From contig CAWFJJ010000030.1 of the NCBI GenBank assembly GCA_963816185.1, forward strand, positions 32,001 to 96,000: a stretch of 64,000 nt of DNA, in the 5' to 3' direction. Made by a program: the position numbers and the translations under genes. This document shows positions 51,123 to 62,505 of this stretch, one piece after another. Each line of letters opens with the position of its first letter. The first letter of the stretch is position 1. Source of the stretch: Thermoanaerobaculia bacterium. Its GTDB lineage: Bacteria; Acidobacteriota; Thermoanaerobaculia; UBA5066. The notes beneath the pieces were generated by a model. That model was not told where the DNA came from and did no database searches. It was given only the letters and a program-made list of their open reading frames with translations.

Positions 51123-52550
51123 GTGAGTTGGATGGGTTATAAAAAAGATAAGAAAGGGATAAATCCGGTTAAATCGGCAGGCACAGTACCGTCTGCGGTT
51201 AAAGCCCCGGCGGTTCCGGAACCAACTGAACTGAAGGTAGTGCCAGTTCCCAAGAAGGACGCCGCTCGGGAAACCAAACTTTACGAAGTCAAAAGACGGG
51301 TCCACCATGTATTGCTGGAACGGTTGGACCTGAGCGCCCTCGAGGATTTGGATGAGCAGGTGCGCGCCCGGGAGATCCGGCAAGCCCTGGGGATGCTGCT
51401 CTCGGAAGAAGAAGAGCCCCTCAACATGGGGGAAAAGAGCCGCCTGGCCCGGGAACTGGAATTTGAAATCCTGGGTCTGGGTCCCCTGGAGCCACTCCTC
51501 GATGATCCCACCATTTCGGATATCCTGGTCAACCGCTACGATCAGGTCTATGTTGAACGGCGGGGCTGCCTGGAGATGACCGATATCAGGTTTCAGGATA
51601 ATGACCATCTTCTGAAAATCATCAACAAGATCGTCAGTAACGTCGGCCGCCGCGTCGATGAATCCGTGCCGATGGTGGACGCCCGTCTCCCCGACGGCTC
51701 CCGGGTCAACGCCATCATCCCACCCCTGGCCCTCGACGGCCCGATGCTCTGTATTCGCCGCTTTTCCGTCTCCCGCCCCTCGCTGGAGGATCTGGTCGAG
51801 AAAGGCAGCCTCACGGCCCAGATCGGCGAGGTTCTGAAGGCCATTGCGATCTCGAAGTTGAATGTCATCATCTCCGGCGGCACCGGGTCCGGCAAAACCA
51901 CCATGCTCAACATCCTCTCCGGTTATATTCCTGCCCAGGAACGCGTCATCACCATTGAGGACTCCGCCGAACTCCAACTCCAACAGGAACACGTCTGCCG
52001 CCTGGAGACCCGGCCGGCCAACGTGGAGGGTAAAGGGGAAATTACCGCCCGGGACCTGGTGAAGAACTGTCTGCGGATGCGGCCCGACCGGGTGGTCGTC
52101 GGCGAGGTGCGGGGCGCCGAAGTCATCGACATGCTCCAGGCCATGAATACCGGCCATGAGGGCTCCATGACCACCATCCATGCCAATACCGCCCGGGACG
52201 CCATGCTGCGCTTGGAGACCATGATCTCCCTCTCGGGCATCTCCATCCAGGAAAAGGCCATGCGCCAGATGGTCTCCTCCTCTGTCAACGTGGTCATTCA
52301 GTTGGTCCGCCACAGCGACGGCGGCCGTCGCATGATCTCCCTTTCGGAAATAACCGGAATGGAGAGCGGCGTGATCAGCATGCAGGATATCTTCGTTTTC
52401 GAACGCCACGGCATGAATGAACAGGGGATGATTATGGGACGCTTTGTGGCCACCGGGGTTCGTCCCAGGTTCGCAGACCGCTGCCGGCTCTTCGGGGCGC
52501 CACTCATGGATGGGATCTTCAACCCCCCACCCCGTGCCGTGGGCGGCTAA
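51123..52550 (+). CDS. cpaF: Tad pilus assembly ATPase CpaF/TadA
   Basis: [31 protein letters not shown]. Confidence 0.95.
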   Translation: MSWMGYKKDKKGINPVKSAGTVPSAVKAPAVPEPTELKVVPVPKKDAARETKLYEVKRRVHHVLLERLDLSALEDLDEQVRAREIRQALGMLLSEEEEPLNMGEKSRLARELEFEILGLGPLEPLLDDPTISDILVNRYDQVYVERRGCLEMTDIRFQDNDHLLKIINKIVSNVGRRVDESVPMVDARLPDGSRVNAIIPPLALDGPMLCIRRFSVSRPSLEDLVEKGSLTAQIGEVLKAIAISKLNVIISGGTGSGKTTMLNILSGYIPAQERVITIEDSAELQLQQEHVCRLETRPANVEGKGEITARDLVKNCLRMRPDRVVVGEVRGAEVIDMLQAMNTGHEGSMTTIHANTARDAMLRLETMISLSGISIQEKAMRQMVSSSVNVVIQLVRHSDGGRRMISLSEITGMESGVISMQDIFVFERHGMNEQGMIMGRFVATGVRPRFADRCRLFGAPLMDGIFNPPPRAVGG

Positions 52551-52580
52551 TGCCCAACGACCAGCCTGAGGAGAAGGTCA

Positions 52581-53582
52581 ATGCCGGATAAAAGCCTGCT
52601 TAGTATGGGCGGCCTGGATTTCACGTTGGTCCTGGGACTCGTAGGGGCTTTTGTGGGGGTTTGCTTCTTAATCACCTACATCAATTTATCGATCATCGAA
52701 CCCATCCGTAATCGGCGGCTAATCCAGAAGCGGCTCCGGAGCAATAAGAGAGAACAGGAGTTCCGAGCCCAAATTTTTAAGGCCTATCAGGACACCAGAA
52801 ATAGCCCGGTTATCACCATTTTGCAGAAATTGACCGGTTGGGGCAAGGTGGATAACCTGCAGCGCCTGCTCCTTCAGGCCGATATCTATCTGGCTCCCGG
52901 CGTTTTCATCTGCACCATAGGCATCATGGCTTGCCTGGGTTTTATTGGCGGCATGCGGCTAGGCGGCTTTTGGCCCTGGGGTCTGGGGGCAGCCATGGGG
53001 TTCCTGCCTATCCTGGTCTTGCGCTGGAAAAAGAAACGCAAGACCATGAAGTTCGAGAAACAGATGCCGGAGGCCATGGAACTTCTGGCCCGGTCGCTCC
53101 GGGCCGGACACACCTTACAGTCCACCCTGGAGTTGGTGTCCCATGAAATTCCGGCCCCGCTGGGGAAGGAGATGCGCATCACCTATGAAGAACAGCGCCT
53201 GGGGCTGAGCGTCTCCCAGGCCCTGCGGCGCATGTCGGACCGGGTGGCCAGCCAGGATCTGCGCTACTTCGTCACTGCGGTCTTGATCCAGGCGGAGACT
53301 GGCGGCAATCTCGCCGAAATTTTGGATAATATCGGCACCCTCATCCGGGAACGGCTGAAATTGAAAGGTAAGGTCATAGCCCTGACGGCCGAAGGCCGGT
53401 TTTCGGCCCTGGTCCTGATTGGCTTGCCCATTGTGACCTTCATGTTCCTCTACCTGATTAACCGGTCCTATGTCATGGTGTTGTGGACTGATCCCATTGG
53501 CACCAAGATCTTGACCGCAGGAATTTCCCTGGTCGTCTTTGGGGCTCTAATCATGAAAAAAATGGTTAATATCAAGGTCTGA
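52581..53582 (+). CDS. tadB: TadB (T2SS F family)
   Basis: RSLRAGH, ETGGNLAEIL, TAEGRFS. Confidence 0.92.
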   Translation: MPDKSLLSMGGLDFTLVLGLVGAFVGVCFLITYINLSIIEPIRNRRLIQKRLRSNKREQEFRAQIFKAYQDTRNSPVITILQKLTGWGKVDNLQRLLLQADIYLAPGVFICTIGIMACLGFIGGMRLGGFWPWGLGAAMGFLPILVLRWKKKRKTMKFEKQMPEAMELLARSLRAGHTLQSTLELVSHEIPAPLGKEMRITYEEQRLGLSVSQALRRMSDRVASQDLRYFVTAVLIQAETGGNLAEILDNIGTLIRERLKLKGKVIALTAEGRFSALVLIGLPIVTFMFLYLINRSYVMVLWTDPIGTKILTAGISLVVFGALIMKKMVNIKV

Positions 53583-53592
53583 GGAGGAGTTC

Positions 53593-54540
53593 ATGGAAGC
53601 CCTCGATTGGCTCATCTGGGTCGGCACTTTTCTGGCCGGAACTTGTCTGGCTTACGGCCTCATGCACTATGTCGGCACCCGGCGGCTGTTAAAAACCCGA
53701 TTCAGAAGAGCCACCGAAGCGGCGATGCCCCTTTATCAGGGCGGCAATGATACCACGAAGAAGCGTTTCCTGGAATGGGTCTCCTCCTTCGGCAAATTTG
53801 CCATGTCGAATAAAGAAGGGGCCTCGAAACTCAGGTTTGCCCTGCTACAGGCCGGTTTTCGGCATCCCAAAGGCACCGCCATCTTCTATGGTCTTAAGGC
53901 CCTGGGGGCATTGATCCTGCCCTTGCCCTATCTGCTGTTCAACGCCATGAACGGCAAGATGACCTCCGGCAGCTTGGGGATTACCCTCCTGCTGGCGGGG
54001 GCGGGATTTTATCTACCCCAATATATCCTGAAGTTTAAGACCTCCCGGCGTCAGGACGGGATTGACAAGGCCCTGCCGGACGTCCTGGATCTGCTGATCG
54101 TGCTGCTGGAGGCCGGCCTCTCCTTGCAGTCGACGCTCAACCGGGTGTCAGACGAGGTGCGCCCCATTTCCATAGAGCTCTATCATGAACTGCACCTCAC
54201 CAACGCCGAACTGCGCACCGGGATTAGCCGGGAGTTGGCCTTAAAGAATTTGGGGGAGCGCACCGGGGTGCAAAGCGTCAACTCCCTGGTGGGTATGATG
54301 ATTCAATCGGAAAAGATGGGGACCAGCATGTCCCAGGCATTACGGGTTCATTCCAACTTTCTCCGGGTGCAGCGGTCCCAAAAGGCTGAGGCGATAGCCG
54401 CCAAATTGCCGGTAAAAATTATGTTCCCGATGATGGGCTTTATTTTCCCGGCGATCTTCATCGTGGTCCTGGGACCGGCGGTGATTAGTCTGCTGCATAG
54501 TTCCTTTTTCGCAACCATGGGCGGAGGCCCCAAGTTTTAG
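53593..54540 (+). CDS. tadC: TadC (T2SS F family)
   Basis: LPDVLDLL..LEAGL, A.KLPVK..FP...FIFP. Confidence 0.92.
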   Translation: MEALDWLIWVGTFLAGTCLAYGLMHYVGTRRLLKTRFRRATEAAMPLYQGGNDTTKKRFLEWVSSFGKFAMSNKEGASKLRFALLQAGFRHPKGTAIFYGLKALGALILPLPYLLFNAMNGKMTSGSLGITLLLAGAGFYLPQYILKFKTSRRQDGIDKALPDVLDLLIVLLEAGLSLQSTLNRVSDEVRPISIELYHELHLTNAELRTGISRELALKNLGERTGVQSVNSLVGMMIQSEKMGTSMSQALRVHSNFLRVQRSQKAEAIAAKLPVKIMFPMMGFIFPAIFIVVLGPAVISLLHSSFFATMGGGPKF

Positions 54541-55096
54541 CAGGCCACAGAAACCCCTGCAAGATGCCCGGATTTAGAAGCATTTCCTACCGGGAATCCC
54601 TTTCGACCAGAATTCTTCTTGCCGCTGAACAGCAGGTGGACCGGCGCGGATTACGAGCAGCCGCGCCTCCCTCCGCCCGGCAGTCATTCATGGGCCTGCG
54701 CCCACCCATAAATAATGCAAGCCTCTTGATGGTGTGTGGAACTCGCCCCACATTTCTCCTTGGCGGTTTTTACTGACCACTGAGCACTGACCCCTGGCCA
54801 CTGACTAAACCCTCTCCCGCCTCGCTGTCCCGTTATTTCCTGGACAATAGAGTTTCGTAGGGCGGGAAAGCGAAGCGCATCCCGCCTTTCGTATTTATAG
54901 ACAAAAATAGTTGTTCATCAGGGTCCTTCACGGCTAAACAGAGCAGTCATTGCCTGACTATCTCCTCCTATTTCCTGGACAATGCGCCTCTTCTCAGATA
55001 AAATCCGCTAAAAGCGTAGCCTGCTCCGTGGCGGGGCTTGCACCGCGCCCGCCGTCCGTAACAATATGGAGTTATGCGGCTTCTCAAGAGGCAACC

Positions 55097-56554
55097 ATGA
55101 AACGTACTTTGTTACTCAACCCGCCATCATTCCAGGATTTTGACGGCGGCGCCGGCTCGCGCTATCAGGCCACCCGGGAGGTCACCTCCTTTTGGTATCC
55201 TACCTGGCTGTGCTATCCGGCCGGGCTCATCCCGGAAAGCCGGGTGGTGGACGCCCCGCCGGAGAACCTGACGGTGGCCCAGGTGGCGGACCTGGCCGGC
55301 GATTTTGAATTGGCGGTGCTCTTCACCTCCAGCCCCTCCTTCCATCACGACCTGGAAACGGTCAGCCGTCTCAAAGCCAAGAATTCCCAACTGCTGGTGG
55401 GCCTGGTGGGCCCGCAGGTGTCCATTCTCGCCCAGGAATCCCTGGCTGCCGGTCCCCAGGTGGATTTCGTGGCCCGCCGGGAATTCGACTATGCCGTCAC
55501 CGAAATCGCCCAGGGACGCCCCTGGAAAGATATTCTGGGCATCAGCTACCGGGAAGGGGATCGCATCCATCACAACCCCGACCGGCCCTATATCGAGGAT
55601 CTGGACGCCCTGCCCATGGTCACCGAGATCTACCATCGGGACCTGAAGATCGGCAACTACCATATCCCTTATCTGCGCGACCCCTATGTCTCCTTTTATA
55701 CCGGGCGGGGCTGCCCGGCCCATTGCGTTTACTGCCTCTGGCCCCAGACCTTCACCGGCCACCGCTTCCGGGTCCGGAGCGTGGCCAACGTGGTGGCCGA
55801 AGTGCGCCGCAGCCTGGAGCTCTTCCCCCAGGCCGCCGAGATCTTCTTCGACGACGACACCTTCACCGCCGACGGCGAGCGGGCCCGCCAGTTGGGCCGG
55901 GCTTTCCGCGACCTGAAGTTCCTCTGGTCCACCACCGCCCGGGCCAATACCTCTTACGAGACCCTGAAGGCCATGAAGGAAGGTGGGCTCCGGCTGCTGG
56001 TGGTGGGCTTCGAAACCGGCGACCCCCAGGTCTTGAAAAACATTCGCAAGGGCGTCACCCTCGACCTGGGCCGCCGCATGGTCAAGTGGTGCAAGGAACT
56101 GGGCATCCAGGTGCACGGCACCTTTATGGTCGGCCTGCCGGGGGAAACCCGGCAAAGTCTCGAGGCCTCCATGCGCTTTGCCTGCGAACTGGACCCGGAC
56201 ACCATCCAGGTCTCCCTGGCCACCCCTTACCCGGGCACCGAGTTCTACGACTTTTGCCGGGACCAGGGCTACATGCAGGACGACGCCCTGGGAGTGCACG
56301 GCCAGACCGGCTATCAGCAGTGCGTGGTCGATTACCCCGGCCTGGCCGCGGCGGAAATCTTCGCGGCGGTCCCCAAGTTCTACCGGCGCTTCTATTTCCG
56401 TCCCAGCTACATGGCCCGGGCGGCCCTGATCATGCTGCGGGACCCCGGGGAGCGTAAGCGCTTGCTCAAGGAAGGCCGGCAGTTTTTGAGCTTCATGTTC
56501 AAGCGTCGCCAGGGCGCGGCTGCCCAGGCGAAGGCCGGCTCGAGTTGCCAATAA
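55097..56554 (+). CDS. hpnJ: Hopanoid biosynthesis-associated radical SAM protein HpnJ
   Basis: NPPSFQDFDGGAGSRYQA.RE..SFWYPTWL; RGCPAHCVYCLWPQT. Confidence 0.9.
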   Translation: MKRTLLLNPPSFQDFDGGAGSRYQATREVTSFWYPTWLCYPAGLIPESRVVDAPPENLTVAQVADLAGDFELAVLFTSSPSFHHDLETVSRLKAKNSQLLVGLVGPQVSILAQESLAAGPQVDFVARREFDYAVTEIAQGRPWKDILGISYREGDRIHHNPDRPYIEDLDALPMVTEIYHRDLKIGNYHIPYLRDPYVSFYTGRGCPAHCVYCLWPQTFTGHRFRVRSVANVVAEVRRSLELFPQAAEIFFDDDTFTADGERARQLGRAFRDLKFLWSTTARANTSYETLKAMKEGGLRLLVVGFETGDPQVLKNIRKGVTLDLGRRMVKWCKELGIQVHGTFMVGLPGETRQSLEASMRFACELDPDTIQVSLATPYPGTEFYDFCRDQGYMQDDALGVHGQTGYQQCVVDYPGLAAAEIFAAVPKFYRRFYFRPSYMARAALIMLRDPGERKRLLKEGRQFLSFMFKRRQGAAAQAKAGSSCQ

Positions 56555-57624
56555 CGGTCAAGGAGATGCTGCACCTCATCCTTCAGGGCGGTCCCGGCTT
56601 CTGTCAGATCGCCCTGACCAACGCCTGCAACGCCCACTGCCGCTTCTGCAATTTTCCCCAGGTGCCGCCCGCTTCCCGGGTCATGGCTGATACCGCGCGG
56701 CTTTTCCAGGGGCTGGCGGCCTTGCACCAGGCGGGGGTGCAATATCTCTGCTTCACCGGCGGCGAACCCCTGCTCCACCCGGACCTGTTGCCGGTCCTGG
56801 AGCGCGCCCGCCAGTGCGACATTAACACCATCCTCTGCACCAATGGCTCCTTGCTCAGCCCCAAGCGCCTGCAGGAACTCAAGGCCGTCGGCCTGGAAAC
56901 CCTCATCATTTCCATGGATGCCCCTTCGGCGGACCAACATGATCGCCACCGGGGCTTGCCGGGCCTGACGGATCATATCCGGGACCTGCTGCCCCTCATG
57001 CGGCAATACCACCTCAACCCGGTGGCCTCGGTGACCCTGAGCCGTCTGGTAGACGACCTGGAGGGCATGATCCAGTTCCTGGACCGCCTCGGTTTCCAGC
57101 GGGTCACCTTTTCTTATCCCGTCACCCGGCTGCACTCCTCCTACCTGGGGTTTGCCGACCACTACTCCGTGGACTTCACTGAGGCCGAGCTGTACCGCTG
57201 GTTTGGCCGCATCAAAGACCTGAAGGCCACCTCGTCCCTGACCATCCTCAACCCCAAGCTGGGGCTTACCGACCTGCAACGTCAGCTGGAGCAGCGCCCC
57301 GGCCGCTTTCCCTGCCTGGCGGGCTACAAGTACTTTTTCGTGGATTGGCATCTGCAGGTCTCCCGCTGCCACTACCAGGCCGAGACCCTGGGCCCCCTCG
57401 AGGAAATCCACCGGCTCGCCCCCATCCGGGACGACTGCCAGGCCTGCACCATCGACTGCTACCGGGACCCCAGCGTCTATCAGTACCTGGCGGTGTCGGT
57501 GGCCGACGGCCTGGCGGCCCTGCGCCAGGGCAAGTGGCTCAAGGGCCTGGGCACCCTGCTGCATCCCTATAATTTCCTCTCCCTGGCCGCGCTGCTGGAG
57601 GGCCGCCATTGGGTGCGGGGGTGA
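56545..57624 (+). CDS. Radical SAM protein with C-terminal Cys cluster
   Basis: CNAHCRFC, FTGGEPL, CLAG, CQACTIDCYRD. Confidence 0.85.
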   Translation: MPITVKEMLHLILQGGPGFCQIALTNACNAHCRFCNFPQVPPASRVMADTARLFQGLAALHQAGVQYLCFTGGEPLLHPDLLPVLERARQCDINTILCTNGSLLSPKRLQELKAVGLETLIISMDAPSADQHDRHRGLPGLTDHIRDLLPLMRQYHLNPVASVTLSRLVDDLEGMIQFLDRLGFQRVTFSYPVTRLHSSYLGFADHYSVDFTEAELYRWFGRIKDLKATSSLTILNPKLGLTDLQRQLEQRPGRFPCLAGYKYFFVDWHLQVSRCHYQAETLGPLEEIHRLAPIRDDCQACTIDCYRDPSVYQYLAVSVADGLAALRQGKWLKGLGTLLHPYNFLSLAALLEGRHWVRG

Positions 57625-57708
57625 TGAAGAAGTTGCCGGTTGCCAGTGGTCAGTAGTCAGTAAAAGCCAGCAATGAACAACTCAGGAAAATGAATTCTGC
57701 AAGAATTG

Positions 57709-57828
57709 GTAGCACAGGCTTTCCAGCCTGTGCCTGGTGTAGGGTGGGCACTGCCCACCAATTCCTTAGATAAGACCCTGGTAGCACAGGCGTCTCGCCT
57801 GTGCAGGCGTAGGCTGAACCTGCGGCTA
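57709..57828. repeat. Cluster of GTAG-capped REP-like hairpins
   Basis: GTAGCACAGGCTTTCCAGCCTGTG, GTAGGGTGGGCACTGCCCACC, GTAGCACAGGCGTCTCGCCTGTG; similar units lie in many other intergenic gaps. Confidence 0.75.
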
Positions 57829-57847
57829 CATTTTGTATAATAATTTC

Positions 57848-58802
57848 ATGGGCCAAAGACGAAACCTGCCACCAATTCAGGGGACAGAGGACGGAGGACC
57901 GGGTTTTGACTCCCGTCTCCCGTCTCCCGTCTCCCGTCCTCCCCGCACCGTCATCTTCACCGCCGATGACTTCGGCCTCTCCCCCGCCTTGAATGGCGCC
58001 GTGGCCCTGGCCCATCGCCGGGGGTTGCTGCGTTGCGCCAGCCTCATGGCCGCGGGGCCGCACTTTTCAGAAGCCCTGCCGGCTGGCCCGGGACCTTCCC
58101 GACCTCTGCCTGGGCGTCCACCTCACCCTGATCCAGGGCCGGGCCGTTTTGCCGCCCGCCAGGCTTCCCCATCTGGTGGATAGCCAGGGTCGCTTTCTTC
58201 ATGATCCGGTCAAGACGGGTTGGCGCTATTTCTGGGAGCCCCGGTTGCTGCCGGAGATCAAACGGGAACTGCGGGCCCAGATCGAAACGGTGCTGCAGGC
58301 CGGATTTACTCCCTGGCATCTGAACGGCCACGTCAACCTGCACCTGCACCCCAGGATTTTCCCCCTGGTGCTGGACCTGGCCCGGGAATACCGCATCCCG
58401 GCGGTGCGCCTGGCCCGGGAGGACTGGCGCACCACCCTGGCCCTGGCCCCGGACGGTCCCCTCCCCAAGGTGGCCCAGGGGATCATCTTCACCCTGCTCT
58501 GCCGCCGGGCCGAGCGGCTGGCCCGGGCCGCGGGGCTCATTTATAACGACCAGCTTTTCGGCCTCTTGAATGACGGCCGCATGACCGAAACCTATCTCCT
58601 CGGGTTGGTGCCGCGCCTTCAGCCCGGGGTTACCGAGATTTACTGCCATCCCGGGCTCTATGCCGATGCGGAGTTGCAGCATTGGGCCCCGGCTTACCGC
58701 CGCCAGGCCGAGCTGGCCGCCCTCCTCAGCCCCCGCCTCCGGGACGCCCTGGCCGCGGCCGCTATCGAACTGAGCGACTTCCGAGCCCTTTCTCAGTCAT
58801 AG
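57848..58802 (+). CDS. hpnK: HpnK/ChbG(YdjC)-family deacetylase, frameshift near 58080
   Basis: TADDFG, GVHLTL, HLNGH..LHLHP, EIYCHP. Confidence 0.85.
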
Positions 58803-58974
58803 TGGCACAGGCCTCCGGCCTGTGATCTTTTAACGCCTCTTGCCGGTGGGGCGGGCCTCTGTGCCCGCCCGTTCTTAATCTCTATATCCTCCATCAAGTT
58901 TCCATTCCCTTCCTTGACGCCGCCGCCCCGGATTCTTATTTTCTAGGCAAGAAATCCGGAGGAGGAAATTTCTC

Positions 58975-59313
58975 GTGGCCGAAGCAACCAAGCCCAAGTG
59001 CGATGTGGATCCGGTGTGCAATCTCGACCTGAACGCCATGCACGGCCAGTTTGCCTATGACTTTGAAGATCAAACCTACTGGTTCTGCTCGGAGGCCTGC
59101 AAGGACCAGTTCGCGGCCCAGCCGCAGAAATTTATCCAGGCCGGGGCCAGGCCCGTCTGTAAAGTGGACCCGGTGTGCAACCTGGACCTGAAAGCCATGC
59201 ACGGCAAGTTCGCCTATGATTTTGAAGACGAAACCTACTGGTTCTGCTCGGAGGCCTGCAAGGAGGAGTTCGCCGCCCAACCGGACAAGTATCATAAGAA
59301 AGCCGGGAAATAA
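58975..59313 (+). CDS. Tandem YHS-domain protein
   Basis: Two copies of DPVC...TYWFCSEACK..F.A.P. Confidence 0.88.
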   Translation: MAEATKPKCDVDPVCNLDLNAMHGQFAYDFEDQTYWFCSEACKDQFAAQPQKFIQAGARPVCKVDPVCNLDLKAMHGKFAYDFEDETYWFCSEACKEEFAAQPDKYHKKAGK

Positions 59314-59521
59314 GCCAGGCTTCAGCCTGGGTCATGCAAACAATTTGGCCGGTCGTGAAACGCAGCAGGGTAGGGGCGGTGCGCCAACCGCCCCTACTTT
59401 TTTTCACTTGATTTCAGCAAAAATAGGGGCGACCCAACGGGTCGCCCCTTCTGATATGGATTAATAGGGGGTGGGGAGGCAGGGCCCTTACGAAAGTCCC
59501 TGGCCCTCCTGCTACATTTCC

Positions 59522-60613
59522 TCACCCTGTCGCCGCGATGGCGTCGCCCCGGAGCCGGGCCCGCATGGCTTCGCTTTCCTGGACGATCTTCTCCAGATCG
59601 GGGTTATTGGACAGGTAAAGATTGAAGATGTGCCCCTGCAGGCCGATGGCGATGGGCTCGATCATCTCCTCCGGCAGCACCAGGGCCCTTGATTTAGCCC
59701 GAGTCTCCGGAGCGGCTATCTCGACCACCCCTTCCTTGCCCCATTGCCGGAAGATGGCAGTGAACAGCGCGATGGGCCAGGCGCAATCCGACACCACCAC
59801 GACTTCGGCGGCCTTCACGGCGTCGCGGTTGCCGTTGAAGGAGACGGCCAGGCCGCCGCCGGTCCGCACCGCTGCCAAGGCCTGGACGTCGGTGCTGCCG
59901 TCGCCCACGTAGATGGTGTCCGCCAGGGTGAAGCCGGTTTGGGCCAGGCCGTCGGCCACGGCCTTGGCCTTTTCCGCCCCGCCCACCGGGTTGACCTCCC
60001 GGTAGATGGCGCCGATCTCCATCTGCGGCAGACGCTCGAAGAAGATGCGGTCCAGCAGGGTGATAGCCTCCTGCACCGGTCCGGGGAAATCAGTCAGCGC
60101 CGCGGCCCCCGCGGGCAACTCGATGGCCGGGGCCGCCAGGATTTCCTCTTCCAGGCGGCGCAATTCTTCCGCTTCCGCCGGGGCCAACTGGTAGCGGTCC
60201 AGGTCCAGCTCGGTGCAGAAGATATGCGCGGCGTCGAACCCCAGCTTGGTCCCCACCGCTTCGGCAAACTGGCGGTAGCTGGTGCTGATCTCGAAGATGG
60301 GAAACTTGAAGCCGTGCAGAAACCGGTAGGCCTCCTCCGCCCCGGGCACCAGCCGGAGGTTTTGGCTGGAAAAATCCCGGATCATGGCATTGCTGACGCC
60401 GTGCGCCTTGAGAAACGGCAGGATGAGCTTCAGGGTGTCGCCGGCCTGGTATTCCGGCTGCTTGGCAATATCCGCCAGGTAGTCGCCATAACGGCTCACC
60501 TGGGTAAAGAAGCGGTCGCCGTGCGGTTTGATAAACTCCCGGCAGAGCTCGAAGGCATTGTCATTGAGGGCCAACGGCCCTTCGCAGTCCGTATTTAACT
60601 GGATTTGGAGCAT
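59522..60613 (-). CDS. HAD-superfamily protein, EhaR/COG4030-like
   Basis: TDCEGPL..NDNAFEL, ISTSY, YVGD.STD, SFNGN. Confidence 0.75.
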   Translation of the reverse strand: MLQIQLNTDCEGPLALNDNAFELCREFIKPHGDRFFTQVSRYGDYLADIAKQPEYQAGDTLKLILPFLKAHGVSNAMIRDFSSQNLRLVPGAEEAYRFLHGFKFPIFEISTSYRQFAEAVGTKLGFDAAHIFCTELDLDRYQLAPAEAEELRRLEEEILAAPAIELPAGAAALTDFPGPVQEAITLLDRIFFERLPQMEIGAIYREVNPVGGAEKAKAVADGLAQTGFTLADTIYVGDGSTDVQALAAVRTGGGLAVSFNGNRDAVKAAEVVVVSDCAWPIALFTAIFRQWGKEGVVEIAAPETRAKSRALVLPEEMIEPIAIGLQGHIFNLYLSNNPDLEKIVQESEAMRARLRGDAIAATG

Positions 60614-60758
60614 GTATTCTCCTTAGGTTTATGGCACACGGAAAGTGACACAAAGACGCCAGAGAACTCAAGAATTATTCTAACATGTCTGTGCGCCTCT
60701 GTGCCTCTCGTCTTTGCGTGAAATATCCATTGTCATTCTCCCGTCTCCTCGGTCTTCG

Positions 60759-61734
60759 TTACTCACTCAATCGGGCGATAATCCTTTCCAGCACCCTCTT
60801 ATCCGGGTAACCCTCCCGTCCGGCCCCGCCCAATTTATAGGCCGCGGCGTACTCCGCCAGGCGCACCGCCTGGGGCAGATTGAGGCCGGTCAGCAGCCCG
60901 GCGAGATAGCCGGCCGCGAAGACGTCGCCGGCCCCCAGGGTATCCACCGGCTGCCCCTCGAACGAGGCCGGAATATCCAGATACCGCACCGGGGTGAGCA
61001 GCCTGGCCCCCAGGGGACCCCGTTTGATCAGGATGATGGGCGGGGCCCAGACGGGGTGGCTCTGCAAGCCGCCCCCCAGGAGGGCCCATTCCGCCTCGTT
61101 CACCATCAGGGTCTCGACGTTGTCCAGCAACTCTTCCAGGACGCCCCGGCCGCGGCGGGCGTAGAGTTCCCCCGGGTCGAAGGTCAGCCGCGGGCCGCCC
61201 TCCAGGCGCCGGGGGATCTGCCCCTGCACCGCCAGGGGGCCGTCGCCCGCAAAAGAGGTGAGGTGGAGAAACCTGGCCTGCTGCAACTCTCCCCAGGGCA
61301 GATCACTTTCCCGCAGTTCGTCGTTGGTGTTGGGCGCCACCAGGATGGTGCGCTCGCCCTCCGGGTCCACCAGGATATAGGCCCGGCCGCTTTCGCCGGC
61401 CTGCACCACGTAGTCCAGGTTAACCCCAGCGCAGGCTCTCTCTGATAAAAATCCCGTCCTCGTCGGCCCCCAGCCGCCCCACCAGGGCCGCCGGGAACCC
61501 CAAACGGGCCAGGGCATAGGCGGTATTGGCCGCCTGGCCGCCGCCGAAGCGGCCGGTCGGCCGGCCAAAGCGGCCCAGCAAGTCCCGGAGCCGGGCCTCA
61601 TCTTCCCCGGACAGCGCCTCTTCCCCGCCCCGGGTCAAGCCGGTGCCCCAATTTCGCAGGAACCCGGCCAGGTCATCCACCCGATAAACCAGATCGACGT
61701 TGATGGCCCCCAGGCAAAAAACTTGCGGCTGCAT
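60759..61734 (-). CDS. PfkB-family carbohydrate kinase, frameshift near 61430-61450
   Basis: GGQAANTA..LARLG and DTLGAGDVFAAG. Confidence 0.87.
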
Positions 61735-62046
61735 CCAGGAAAACTATCAGGATTTCCCCTGCCGGTCAAGGCGCGGCTCTGGTAGGGGCGGCTCTCGAGC
61801 CGCCCCAGTTTTGCGATTCTCGTTCCCAAGCTCCGCTTGGGAATGCCAATTTCAGCCCAAGCTCTGCTTGGGCTCCCTCGCCCCAGTCCGTAGAGCGGGA
61901 AAGCGCCGCGCCTCCCGCCGTTAACCTTACTGTTGCCTTCGATGCCGATTAATTTTTCCCTCATTGCCGCAAGAATCTCCCACCCCCTGGATTTTCGCTT
62001 CGGAATTACTAAATTATAAAATTAGTGAAATTATCGAGGGAGAGCG

Positions 62047-62488
62047 ATGCACCGTCTCATCAAGATCAGGATCATCCGGGACTTTGAACATCTGGAGGAA
62101 CGCTGGCGCTGCCAGCCGGACCAGCGGTTCGAGTCCACCCGCACCCAGGTCCACTTTCAGCCGGCGGCCGATTTCTACGAGACCACCGAGGGTCTGGTGG
62201 TGCGCCTGGAACTGGCCGGCGTCAAGCCGGACAGCCTCTCCCTCTCCCTGGCCGGCCAGGAACTGGTGGTCCAGGGACACCGGCAACCGCCGCCGCCGGC
62301 AGGCCTGCGGCGCTTCATCCACCTGGAGATGGGCTTCGGCGCCTTCGAGCGTTGCTTCATCCTGCCCATCCCCATTGACCCCCAGGGCGTCCAGGCCCGG
62401 TTTCCTGGACGGCATCCTGGAGATTACCCTGCCCCGGAAGGCGCCTCAAACTCGCCAGATTCCGGTGAAGCAGGCAGACCCGGACTAA
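62047..62488 (+). CDS. Hsp20/alpha-crystallin family protein, frameshift near 62403
   Basis: PAADFYET...ELAGV...EMGFGAFER...DGILEITLP; directly upstream of lon. Confidence 0.85.
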
Positions 62489-62505
62489 ACCTTCACGGAG
62501 AACCC

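Noticed and set aside
16595-62488. Frameshifts in mlaE, mlaD, TPR, rSAM, PKS, hpnK, pfkB, hsp20 and others as programmed frameshifting or mass pseudogenisation
   Set aside because: They are scattered small indels, often in short homopolymers, in otherwise intact conserved genes. Long-read consensus error is the simplest explanation, and raw reads are needed to decide.
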